A DNA stretch of 63,894 nucleotides, filler included, from Perkinsus olseni (lineage: Eukaryota): NCBI GenBank assembly GCA_013115125.1. It is 10 parts of 10 records of this genome, joined end to end, with 100 filler letters (N's around TTAATTAATTAA, not from the genome) between each part and the next. Parts side by side here need not be neighbours in the genome. Positions count along the whole stretch, not along the records: positions 40,901 to 63,894 come from JABANN010000526.1; 9 more parts are not named here. One strand, given 5' to 3'. Under the pieces are notes generated by a model. It saw nothing but the letters and a program-made list of their open reading frames with translations, searched no databases and was not told the DNA's origin. Shown here one piece after another: positions 49,601 to 59,619 of the stretch. The position numbers were made by a program, and so were the translations under genes. The stretch's first letter is position 1; each line of letters begins with the position of its first letter.

Positions 49601-50234
49601 CGACTGCGAGAAGTTGTGTGGAGAAATTGTGGAATCTCTGGTGAAGGAAGTGCCGAGGCTCTTCGTTTATCCAAGGCTCTGGCCATGCTGCAGCAGCCTA
49701 CTGGCAGGCAATATATCCGAGACCAGCGTCGAGGAGGTGAAGAAGCTGAATCCGCTTCTAACGTCTCGAATAGCGAAATACCAGCCATTTGTTCGGAGGG
49801 AGCTGCTGCTGCTGTTGGGAGATTGTAATGACGCAATATACAGAGCGGGCAATCTATTGAAGATAGCTGACAACTTTGTGTGTATCGGTAGCGGTAGCGT
49901 GCAGGGTAGTCGTAGGAGCATCCTCGGCCTGGCTGAAAGGTTCAAGGATAAGGAGGATGATGATACTGGACGGAAGATTTGCCGACGTTTAGCTGCGGCC
50001 GTTGGCCTTTCGATGGCGGCCCCGAGAGAGCTGCGACTCGCCACGACTTCTCACGACGTCACTGAGAGGATTGATGATATCTTACCGGTTTGTCTGGCGA
50101 GGGAATGGCGTCCAGTCCCCTGTGCTTTAATAAACAATATCGATCAAACGATCGATTATGTTGGCAAGCGTTTGATATGTGAAGATATATTCCCAGCGTG
50201 TGATGACCCCAACATCCATCAGCTTGTTGAGGGG
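43690..50234 (+). CDS. Large Leu/Ala-rich, probably alpha-solenoid hypothetical protein (many exons)
   Basis: Chain of + strand ORF segments separated by GT-AG introns, ending in the 511-aa ORF 48915-50450; no family recognised. Confidence 0.5.
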
Positions 50235-51565
50235 ATGTTTTCTACCAATTACTGCGTTTCTTACCCCACCGCCTCGAGTTACTCAATCATCATCCATTCG
50301 CCTGCCAAGCTCCCGTTGTTGTTGTTGCTGCTGCTAGGGACGACCGTATTCCACGGGCACCGCTGTCAAAGTGTATCCTCGTATCTCCGTCTGATGTTTC
50401 GTCCTGCTAATCTGATTGGTAGTAGGGCTGACCTGGTTCAAGGGACGTAGCTAGCCTTGACTATCCGCCGGAGACGCACTCTAGGGTAGGTCCTAATGGA
50501 GGCTGTGCAGACGATGCGAAGAGGGTACGGGTGTGCTTGAAACAGCCGCCACGTGATGGGCCTCGCAACGGCTCAGCGGAGTACATTGAGATCATAGCTG
50601 CAAATGAGTTGGCTGCTGATGGGCAAGGGAAGTGAGCCAGTAGCAGCAGGCCTACTGGGGTGTAGAATCAGCGCCTCGAGGTCGTTGGCCAGGAGGACCT
50701 ACCTGGATGAGCCTCTTCGATGTCTTACGGCTGCTATGAGGGCAACCTTAATTGAGTGGATGATTGAAGTTCATGATACTATGGATAACACCAGTCGCCA
50801 AGAGTCCCTCTTTCTTGCTGTAGGAAGAACTACTCCAACTGCGGTGGTGGCGACTGTCGTCTTAGGTCGATATAGTGGATCGTTATTTAGCTGCCGTGCC
50901 GGGCACCAGGAGCCGCGACCTTCAACTAGTTGGCTGTGCGGCGCTGCTGATTGCTATGAAGTGGGGTTACGTTACAATGAGTCTGCTGGAGTTTACACGA
51001 ATAGGTTCGAGGACATCAATCATCCAGACTTGCGAGGGATGGTATCAACTTGTGGTCACGGCACGTACTCGACGGCAGAGCTCGCTCAAATGGAGGTTAA
51101 CATTCTCAATACTATTGGGTACACACAGAGAGGTGACATCCTACAAGCAGCCATAGTAGGTTCGAACTCAAGCGTCCAACCGCGGTCTTTTTCCTTTCCG
51201 TCATGCTGAGGCACTTGGTCGGGGATGTCGAGTGGTGGCTCGGAATGTGGGCAAGGACAGCCTACTTTTTACTCCAGGACCCAACATCCAGGTATCTCCT
51301 CCATCTTGCCTTGCTAGACCCTCACTTTCTTGCTCGACCCTACACCCTTCTGGCGGCCGTTGTCGGGCGTGCTGTCGCCAACCTTCTTCCATCAGCTACC
51401 CTTACCAGGTGACTCGCCTCGACTCAACTTGGCGCCATCTTTAGTGGATCAGGTTCTCGTGGAGTGGCTTCGAGCCCACCATCGTCGAGCCACTCTGTGA
51501 ACATCTGTTGTCCCTTTATGAGCAAGCCCAGCGACGACCCAATGACCCCCTCTATGCCGCAGTGA
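50235..51565 (+). CDS. Cyclin (A/B-like cyclin box), multi-exon; start uncertain
   Basis: MRATLIEWMIEVH..ESLFLAV/DIVDRYL..LQLVGCAALLIAMK/FED..MEVNILNTIG/FEL..PT. Confidence 0.85.
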
Positions 51566-52263
51566 CTTCCAAGTTTTCGAAGATGGCTTTTGTGCGTGTG
51601 GCAAGTCATGTCCCAACGGGCTGATAGGGTCACTCGGTGAGGTCATTGCTGGCCGCCATAGGAGATGAATTATTTCGTCTAATTTGGAGATGCCCAATTC
51701 TTTGGGGTCGATGAGCTTTTTTCCTTGCATGCTAGTCACCTTACGAACCTTTCTCGTCAGAGCTCTGCACTTGGCAGCTGGTAATTCTCCAGCTTGCTCA
51801 GCAGAACTCACTTGAATTCATGACAATACTGTTCAAATTTGTTATGCCACATCCCATGATGGTGGTCGCCATAACATTTCACATTGTTGGGTTCGAGCAT
51901 TCAAGCTGAGGTAGTCAAGCTGACCTGACGCTCTTATGAGGGCCTCGTCACTCATGTGGTGCAAATCGTATGATTGGGTGACCGTTTTGAGGTTGCCTCA
52001 GGTGATGGTCGGATGAGTCGCTGTAATCATCGGATTTGTGGTATTCCCTCTCCTGAAGAACGTTGCATCTTCGGGCAGGGAACCTCTGCCCAGGGAGCCC
52101 GTGCAACGCCATTTGTCGACTCCAAGCCTTGCGGTCGTGCGCACAGAATTATGCGGGAGGATTCATGCCGTGCGCGCCACATCCTGTCTTAAGTATAGGG
52201 AACGGGGCGCTACGACAAGACGGCCGGATTTACCACCGCGGAATGGGTATACAACAGCGTACT

Positions 52264-52576
52264 GTACAAAAATGAACCCAGTAACGCAACCAGTGGTAGG
52301 ATAGAAGAGGTACAAGAGTAACCGTGTCACTAACTCTTTAACCGTGTCTAACTCGTGTTAAAACTTTGTATAACTTATGATTAGTATAAACCGTTTATAC
52401 CTAGCGTATATAGCGTGACACAAACTAAGATATTGACACAATAAAAGTACACGCGAGCGCAAATATTTACTACTATCAAATCATCGGGTCCTCTCGGAAG
52501 GGACAGCGTAACACAAACGATCGATCACATCAACAGAGTTCCGGAACAGCTGAGAAGAAAACTTCGGATCTCGTCA
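52264..52576 (-). repeat. LTR-like repeat fragment, inverted copy of 54467-54762
   Basis: ~300 bp alignable as reverse complement; the shared boundary reads TGACGAGATCCGAAG (TG start). Confidence 0.75.
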
Positions 52577-53922
52577 AAGTGCCGCTTACCTCTGCCCCGA
52601 TGTTCCTTTTCCCTTGCACCCTTGTTGCGTGTTGATGCACTTGTTGTCTCTAGTCGGCTAGGCAGGCATGACCTGTGGTCTTTATAATCCTGACCGAGGC
52701 CTGGCTCAACCTCGAGATAACCGCGGTCCTCCGTGGCGGGATGGGCAGGGGTTTGAAACACTACGAACGACACGAGACAACGAAGACAGCGTACATACGC
52801 TTCACCATAGATCATGCTGCGCATCTAAGAGTCATTTCACCCGAGAGCACGCAAGCAGTGGGACACCACTGCTCGGGCTGAATCAAACAGCACCGGTTAT
52901 AGTACGCGCAATCTAAAGAGATAGTTTCGTGTCACCGTGTAATCCAGGGAACGCATGCCAGGATATTGGAGAGGTTAATCTCAATTGATTATCCACAGTT
53001 AAATGGTAGATCACTTAAACCTAGCAGTAGACAATATCACACTGCATTGCGTGGCAACAGACAGCCGACACGACAACACAGCGGTACACCTTTTTGTCTA
53101 GAGCTCATATGGACCTGGAATTACAACTAAGAGCTCTCCTAACATTGTTATATCTCTGGAGCATGTCACGGATCGGATTATCGAATGTAAAAACCCATGG
53201 TACGGGAGTGTGGGAAGAGGATAGCACTCAATGCTCGAATGCTTGTTATCCGATCAATAGTCGAGGCATTGATGCTGTCCATGTCTTACGATAGTGTCAC
53301 ACCGTTATTGCGGTTGAGTTGGTAAATCAAGTTCACGGTGAACTGTTCACCATCGTTAGACATCTCCCTACCTAGGATTAAAAAAAACTGACAGCATGAG
53401 CGCCACTGTGCTGCGTATTTCGCCACTAACCTTGTAACACCGTGTCCCTGAACGCATGAACAGCGACGGCGTTTCTTCGCTGTGCGGTCGCATGATGTCA
53501 CAACGCTTGCGCACGCACACACTCTCGTCCTGCGTGTTTTTACTATCGCTGCAATTCTTTCCGCTAACAATAAAAACCCATGGTACGGGAGTGTGGGAAG
53601 GGGATAGCACTCAATGCTCGAATGCTTGTTATCCGATCAATAGTTGAGGCATTGGTGCTGTCCATGTCTTACGATAGTGTCACACCGTTATTGCTGTTGA
53701 GTTGGTAAATCAAGTTCACGGTGAACTGTTCTGAACAGTCTGTTCACCATCGTTAGACATCTCCCCGTCCTTACCACACTCTTCGGACGTTCTCTCCGAG
53801 CGGCGTTCGATGCGCCCATCTCAGCTCTGATATAGACTAAGCAACACAAGGATCATCACTTCAATATGGCAAAACTCCGTCACACACAGTACAACTTCAG
53901 CGGCGGGATGTCGCGCGGGTAC

Positions 53923-54466
53923 TCAATGCATTGCTCTCATCATTCGCTCAGCGAAAGTCGCTTGCTCTTCCTCTAGGCCTGTCCTACTCCTCCTATAGAT
54001 CTCACGCACCATACGTGTGTCGACCCATCTTCCATACTCGGCTATCTGGACGTCGTCGAAGCCGGCGTCATGCAGCAACACCACCCCGGTTCTGCGCATG
54101 CTATGCGTGGTGCAACCCTCCTGGAGGCCCGTTGCCAGACTGACGAGGGCTTTGATGTCGTAGCAAAGCTGATCGTATGTCGCTTTGAAAAGAGGTGCGT
54201 ACGGAGCTGAATCATCCGCGTCGTCGAGCAATAGCTTCAGCCGATGGATAGGACACCATGGGTCGCTACGTCTCCGCAGCGTAGACGCCGGCGAACATGC
54301 ACATCCCATGTGGAGCAGAGAACCAGCTCGCCCGGGGTCAGTCTTGCTCCATTTGATCCGAATACGCAACGACATGCCATTCGGCGGCGCCGAATCGGCA
54401 CAAATCTCACATCATCCCGTCGGAGTTCAGCTACCTCGCGAATCCTCAGTAGAGCGGAGACCCCTG
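53923..54466 (-). pseudogene. Tyrosine recombinase (DIRS/Ngaro-like), catalytic half, frameshifted and 5'-truncated
   Basis: LLRIREVAELRRDDVRF, then a 1-nt frameshift, then SKTD..WCP..PLF..HSMRRTG..GRW..IY. Confidence 0.88.
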
Positions 54467-54762
54467 TGACGAGATCCGAAGTTTTCTTCTTAGCTGTTCT
54501 GGTCCTCTGTTGATGTGATTAATCTTTTGTGTTACGCTGTCCCTTCTGAGAGTATGTGATGATTTGATTACTGTTAATATTTGCGCTCGCGTGCAATTCT
54601 ATTGTGTCAATATCTTAGTGTTTGTGTCACGCTACGTGCGCTAGTTATGAAACGGTTTATAATAATAATAATAAGTAGACAAAGTTTACAAGTCGGTGAA
54701 ACGGTTACTCCTGTACCTCTTCTACCCTACCACTGGTTGCGTTACTGGGTTCATTTCTGCAC
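54467..54762 (+). repeat. LTR-like repeat fragment interrupting the YR element
   Basis: Inverted homolog of 52264-52576; starts TGACGAG exactly where the YR homology stops. Confidence 0.75.
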
Positions 54763-56133
54763 ACCCCTAGGAGGAGAGCTACTGTGCTGGGACGCCTCCC
54801 AGAAGGTGGGACGTTGAAGGAGATTCTGCGGAGCTGAGCTGCGGTCATTGTGCAGGCCCGCTTCACGGGCGTCTTCCCTCTTACTCTGACAGTCGCTGCT
54901 CGCACCATCCGTAGGATTTAGGCTTCTTGTACAGTGAAAGGCCGGGCACAAGCACAGAGTACTTAATGCACGACACACTTGACCAGGAGTAAAAAAATCT
55001 GACAGCATGAGCGCCACTGTGCTGCGTATTCCGCCACTAACCTTGTAACATCGTGTCTTTGAACGCATGAACAGCGACGGCGTTTCTTCGCTGTGCGGTC
55101 GCATGATGTCACAACGCTTGCGCACGCACACACTCTCGTCCTGCGTGTTTTTACTGCTGCAATTCTTTCCGCTAACAAAAAATTTTTGGTTCGTTTTCAA
55201 CCCGAAGGCGCTCATCGTCAATCGCGAAAGTATGATATAGTCCATCTCACATCGTTCTGACATCGTGCTGTCGACGACAGGTCGCCGTCAAGGATGTCAG
55301 GGTTAGTGATGGGCTCGTCTATCTGGTGTGCTGCGAGTCTACTCCTTGCATCAGTGGAGCCAAGAAGCGAGATAACTCCTAGGACAGCCTTGAGGACACC
55401 AGAAGGTGCACTCCGCCCAGCCGATGGCCACGCGCATGGCTCTTCTGCATGTTGCTTGAGCAGCAGCGATCCAGTAGGTTCGGACGACCACTGGAGGAGT
55501 TATATCCCAACTTATGATGACAGTGAGTCAGCAACTAGCGCGTAATGAGCTAATTGAGCTCAGGGCCTTAGCCTCAGGCAGGCTCCAGCAACCCCCGCCA
55601 TATCAATGGATTGAATCTCTGTTGACCTGCTATGCACGCTCGCTTAACAACGAATAGACTCTATTAGAGTAGCAAATACTTAACAAATGGCCCTGATGGC
55701 TCGCCATCAACGGCAGTCTCCTCTGATTGAACCATTGCGCACGTCAGGCTTAGCGAGCCTAGCGCTGCAGAGGCAAATCAGTGGCTCCAAAATAGAACGA
55801 CAGATAGGAGCAGATAAGTTCAAGACTCCTGGAGCCCGTTCAAGTGCAAAACGAAGTACCACTGTGAAGTACCACTGTGTGAAAACCATTCTGTTATCGC
55901 GTCTTCTGGTGCGCACGGTTTCTGGCGACAGTGGGCCAGTGACTGGCCCACTTCGTCCTACTCGGTGGACAGCCAGCAGCCTCGGCGTTCTAGCCACCGG
56001 TCCACAGCTCTAGTAGAGCTGCTCTACCCACACCCTCCAGAGCAGGCGACTAACAATAAGTGAACATGCTGTCTCGTGGTTACTGGAGACAAAAACCGAA
56101 GCGCTCGAGCCTCAGATGTATATTTGCTTTTGT

Positions 56134-56205
56134 GGCTGTGTGGTCTAGTGGTATGATTCTCGCTTCGGGTGCGAGAGGTCTCGAGTTCGATTCTCGACTC
56201 AGCCC
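56134..56205 (+). tRNA. tRNA-Pro (CGG)
   Basis: 72 nt; CTCGC-TT-CGG-GT-GCGAG; TCGAG-TTCGATT-CTCGA; one acceptor mismatch. Confidence 0.85.
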
Positions 56206-56305
56206 GCGTTAGGTCGTATTGCGGCTGAGCACAGCTAATATGGCGGACGGGATCTTCGGAGCACAAAGCTCACGGGGTCCCCGGATAGAGATGAACGTTC
56301 AGTTT

Positions 56306-56379
56306 GCTGGAATGGTCTAGTTGGTTATGACGACTGCCTAACACGCAGTAGGTCCCGAGTTCGATTCTCGGTTCCAGTA
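56306..56379 (+). tRNA. tRNA-Val (AAC)
   Basis: GCTGGAA/TTCCAGT acceptor; ACTGC-CT-AAC-AC-GCAGT; intact T arm. Confidence 0.92.
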
Positions 56380-56505
56380 TTGCATTATCTTTCACGTGTA
56401 CTACATCATGCGCCGAGTTGGATTTGCTATCGCGTCTTCTGGTGCGCACAGTCTCTGGCGACAGACACCGAAGCACCCAAATCTCATTTATGAGTTGTCC
56501 TTTAC

Positions 56506-56762
56506 GGCTGTGTGGTCTAGTGGTATGATTCTTGCTTCAGGTGTGTGGTGGAATCGTTGAGAAGGAGACAGCGTGACGTCGTGCGCAGTAGATGAAGTAG
56601 ACAGATTAGCTATATTAGCCAGCGGCCCGCAATCGCGCCAACTCTGTGCGCGGCCCCTCTTTACTTGGCCTCCCGACTCCCTATGTCGAATTCCGAAGTT
56701 AGAACTGAGGAGAGACGACTACAAGGTGTGAGAGGTTTCGTGTTCGATTCTCGACCTAGCCT
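56506..56762 (+). pseudogene. tRNA-Pro-derived copy (CAG loop) split by a solo LTR
   Basis: 5' and 3' halves flank the insertion at 56544-56723. Confidence 0.88.
56544..56723. mobile_element. Solo LTR, 180 bp, with 5-bp target-site duplication AGGTG
   Basis: TGTGGT...ACTACA termini; AGGTG at 56539-56543 and 56724-56728. Confidence 0.88.
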
Positions 56763-56892
56763 AGGGTTACTCGACATACACTCGGGCGCACCCAAATGCA
56801 GTAAGTGAATATGTTGTCTCGCCTTCAGGCGTACGCGGTTCCTGGCGACAAAAACCGAAACGCCCGAGCCTCAGTTATATATTCGCTTTCGT

Positions 56893-56964
56893 GGCTGTGT
56901 GGTCTAGTGGTATGACTCTTGCTTCGGGTGTGAGAGGTTTCGTGTTCGATTCTCGACTCAGCCC
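56893..56964 (+). tRNA. tRNA-Pro (CGG), mildly degenerate
   Basis: CTTGC-TT-CGG-GT-GTGAG; T-stem mismatch. Confidence 0.6.
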
Positions 56965-57064
56965 GCGTTGGGTCGTTTTGAGGCTGAGCACAGCCAATAT
57001 GGCGGACGGGATCTTCGGACCAGGGAGCTCATCGGGTTCGCGGATAGAGATGAACGTTCGGCTT

Positions 57065-57138
57065 GCTGGAATGGTCTAGTTGGTTATGACGACTGCCTAA
57101 CACGCAGTAGGTCCCGAGATCGACTAACGGTTCCAGTA
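57065..57138 (+). pseudogene. tRNA-Val (AAC) pseudogene
   Basis: T arm/B box disrupted (GAGATCGACTAACGG). Confidence 0.75.
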
Positions 57139-57264
57139 TTGCACTATCTTTCACGTGTACTACATCATGCGCCGAGTTGGAGTTGCTATCGCGTCTTCTG
57201 GTGCGCACAGTCTCTGGCCACAAACACCGAAGCACCCAGATCTCATTTATGAGTTGTCCTTTAC

Positions 57265-57336
57265 GGCTCTGTGGTCAAGGGGTATGATTCTTGCTTCAGG
57301 TGTGTAAGGTCTCGAGTTCGATTCTCAATTTAGCCC
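57265..57336 (+). pseudogene. tRNA-Pro-derived copy with CAG loop, degenerate
   Basis: Multiple stem mismatches. Confidence 0.75.
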
Positions 57337-57351
57337 AGGGTTACTCGACAT

Positions 57352-57754
57352 TGAAACTCGGCCAACACGGGAGTGTGGGATTGGCATCACTCTGTGTGAT
57401 AGCTGTGGCCGAAGCGGCTACTAACTTCGCACAGAGAGATGTATGTGTGCGGGGATTGATTACGCTTAGCGGCTGTGCTAAGACGTCTCACCGCTTGCAC
57501 ACATCTCCCGGGCTGGGAGGGAAGAGTTCATCTTTCACACCAATAGATATACCGCAGCTCTTGTGGGAGCCACAGTGACCACTATGCGTAGCCTGCTATT
57601 ATTGTTCTAGTTGGAGCAGTGAATCCTATCCGTGCGTTCGGCATCTGCACGTAAGTATCTTATGTGCTGCGCGTAGACCGTGTGCGTACATTGTGTAGCG
57701 TGCGCACTCCCTTTGTCCCCGTATTTCACTGACGTAACACTACGCGTACTTACA
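57352..57754. mobile_element. ~403-bp insertion in an array spacer, probable solo LTR
   Basis: Interrupts the conserved spacer CTCGACAT|ACAGTC; TGAAA...TTACA ends; no clean TSD. Confidence 0.6.
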
Positions 57755-57870
57755 AACAGTCAGGCGCACCCAAATGCAGTAAGTGAATATGTTGTCTCAC
57801 CTTCAGGTGTACGCGGTTCCTGGCGACAAAAACCGAAGCGCCAGAGCCTCAGTTATATGTTCTCTTCTGT

Positions 57871-57939
57871 GGCTGTGTGGTCTAGTGGTATGATTTTTTC
57901 GGGTGCGAGAGGTCTCGAGTTCGATTCTCGGCTCAGCCC
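57871..57939 (+). pseudogene. tRNA-Pro (CGG) pseudogene
   Basis: Deletion in the 5' anticodon stem. Confidence 0.75.
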
Positions 57940-58040
57940 GCGTTGCGTCGTTTTGAGGCTGAGCACAGCCAATATGGTAGACGGGATCCTTGGGATCACG
58001 GAGCTCACCGGGTCCCCGGATAGAAGTGAATGCTCAGCCT

Positions 58041-58114
58041 GCTGGAATGGTCTAGTTGGTTATGACGACTGCCTAACACGCAGTAGGTCCCGAGTTCGAC
58101 TCTCGGTTCCAGTA
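58041..58114 (+). tRNA. tRNA-Val (AAC)
   Basis: Intact cloverleaf. Confidence 0.9.
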
Positions 58115-58240
58115 TTACATTGTCTTTCACGTGTACTACATCATGCGCCGAGTCGGAGTTGCTATCGCGTCTTCTGATTCGTACGGTCTCTGGCGATAGA
58201 CACCGATGCACCCAAATCTCATTTATGAGTTGTCCTTTAC

Positions 58241-58312
58241 GGCTCTGTGGTCTAGTGGTATGATTTTTGCTTCAGGTGTGAGAGGTTTCGTGTTCGATTC
58301 TCGACCTAGCCC
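58241..58312 (+). pseudogene. tRNA-Pro-derived copy with CAG loop
   Basis: TTTGC-TT-CAG-GT-GTGAG; acceptor mismatches. Confidence 0.7.
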
Positions 58313-58442
58313 AGGGTTACTCGACATACAGTCGGGCGCACCCAAATGCAGTAAGTGAATATGTTGTCCCACCTTCAGGTGTACGCGGTTCCTGGCGACA
58401 AAAACCGAAGCGCCCGAGCCTCAGTTATATATTTCCTTTTGT

Positions 58443-58514
58443 GGCTGTGTGGTCAAGTGGTATGATTCTCGCTTCAGGTGTGAGAGGTTTCGTGTTCGAT
58501 TCTCGACCTAGCCC
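58443..58514 (+). pseudogene. tRNA-Pro-derived copy with CAG loop
   Basis: CTCGC-TT-CAG-GT-GTGAG; T-stem and acceptor mismatches. Confidence 0.65.
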
Positions 58515-58744
58515 AGGGTTACTCGACATACAGTCGGGCGCACNNNNNNNNNNNNNNNNNNNNNNNNNNNNNNNNNNNNNNNNNNNNNNNNNNNNNNNNN
58601 NNNNNNNNNNNNNNNNNNNNNNNNNNNNNNNNNNNNNNNNCACCCAAATGCAGTAAGTGAATATGCTGTCTCGCCTTCAGGCGTACGCGGTTCCTGGCGA
58701 CGGAAACCGAAGCGCCCGAGCCTCAGTTATATATTTGCTTTTGT

Positions 58745-58816
58745 GGCTGTGTGGTCTAGTGGTATGATTCTCGCTTTGGGTGCGAGAGGTCTCGAGTTCG
58801 ATTCTCGACACAGCCC
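58745..58816 (+). tRNA. tRNA-Pro (TGG)
   Basis: Perfect acceptor GGCTGTG/CACAGCC; CTCGC-TT-TGG-GT-GCGAG. Confidence 0.93.
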
Positions 58817-58874
58817 GCGTTAGGTCGTTTTGCGGTTTTCACCGGGCACCCGGATAGAGATAAATGCTCAGCTT

Positions 58875-58948
58875 GCTGGAATGGTCTAGTTGGTTATGAC
58901 GACTACCTAACACGCAGTAGGTCCCGAGTTCGACTCTCGGTTCCAGTA
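58875..58948 (+). tRNA. tRNA-Val (AAC), one anticodon-stem mismatch
   Basis: ACTAC vs GCAGT. Confidence 0.65.
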
Positions 58949-59074
58949 TTGCACTATCTTTCACGTGTACTACATCATGCGCCGAGTTGGAGTTGGTATC
59001 GCGTCTTCTGATTCGCACGGTCTCTGGCGAGAGACACCGAAGCACCCAAATCTCATTTGTGAGTTGTCCTTTAC

Positions 59075-59146
59075 GGCTGTGTGGTCTAGTGGTATGATTC
59101 TTGCTTCAGGTGTGAAAGGTCTCGTGTTCGAGTTTCAACTCAGCCC
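59075..59146 (+). pseudogene. tRNA-Pro-derived copy with CAG loop, degenerate
   Basis: Disrupted T arm. Confidence 0.75.
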
Positions 59147-59278
59147 GCGATACATGTCACTATACGGTTGGGCGCGCTCAAATGCAGTAAATGAATTTGC
59201 TGTCTCGCCTTCGGGTGTGCACGATTCTTGGCGACAGATACCGAAGCGCCCAAGCCTCAGTTATATCTTTGTTTCTGA

Positions 59279-59350
59279 GGCTGTGTGGTCTAGTGGTATG
59301 ATTCTCGCTTCAGGTGCGAGAGATCTCGAGGTCGATTCTCGACACAGCCG
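59279..59350 (+). pseudogene. tRNA-Pro body with CAG anticodon, stems intact, T54G
   Basis: GGCTGTG/CACAGCC; CTCGC-TT-CAG-GT-GCGAG; T loop reads GTCGATT. Confidence 0.6.
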
Positions 59351-59450
59351 GCATTAGGTCGTATTGCGGCTGTGCACAGCCAATATGGCAGACGGGATCT
59401 TCGGAGCACGAAGCTCACCGGGACCACGGAATGAGATGTCTCTTCAGCTT

Positions 59451-59530
59451 GCTGGAATGGTCTAGTTGGTTATGACGACTGCCTCACACGCAGTAGGTCC
59501 CGACTCGGAGTTCGATTCTCGGTTCCAGTA
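59451..59530 (+). pseudogene. tRNA-Val (CAC) with a 6-nt insertion near the T arm
   Basis: ACTGC-CT-CAC-AC-GCAGT; GTCCCGACTCGGAGTTCG. Confidence 0.65.
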
Positions 59531-59619
59531 TTATTGCTGTTGAGACTCTCAACTTGAGAGTTGCTGATGTGACTTTCAGCTGACTGGAATGCTCCATCGC
59601 TCAGCTCTCCATCGATCAG

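Larger units (their letters stand above)
53188..55178 (-). mobile_element. Internally deleted tyrosine-recombinase retrotransposon with split direct repeats (Ngaro/PAT-type A1...B1-A2-B2)
   Basis: A1 54985-55178 matches A2 53374-53570; B1 53571-53765 matches B2 53188-53368; the YR gene lies between A1 and B1 on the same strand. Confidence 0.8.
56134..59530 (+). repeat. Tandem tRNA array, ~574-bp unit (Pro-Val-Pro*), 15 tRNA-like copies visible, with an N gap at 58544-58640
   Basis: Repeating tRNA bodies and spacers; unit length ~572-574 after subtracting insertions. Confidence 0.93.

Noticed and set aside
55783-55836. tRNA-like GGCTCCA...GTTCAAGA..TGGAGCC
   Set aside because: Only 54 nt with no D or anticodon arm; at most a remnant.
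56544-56723. Insertion as a tRNA intron
   Set aside because: TG...CA ends and a 5-bp TSD indicate an LTR; absent from sister copies.
56134-59530. Repeat-spacer array as CRISPR, and the small ORFs within it
   Set aside because: Repeats are tRNA genes, the spacers themselves repeat, there are no cas genes and the context is eukaryotic; the ORFs are incidental.
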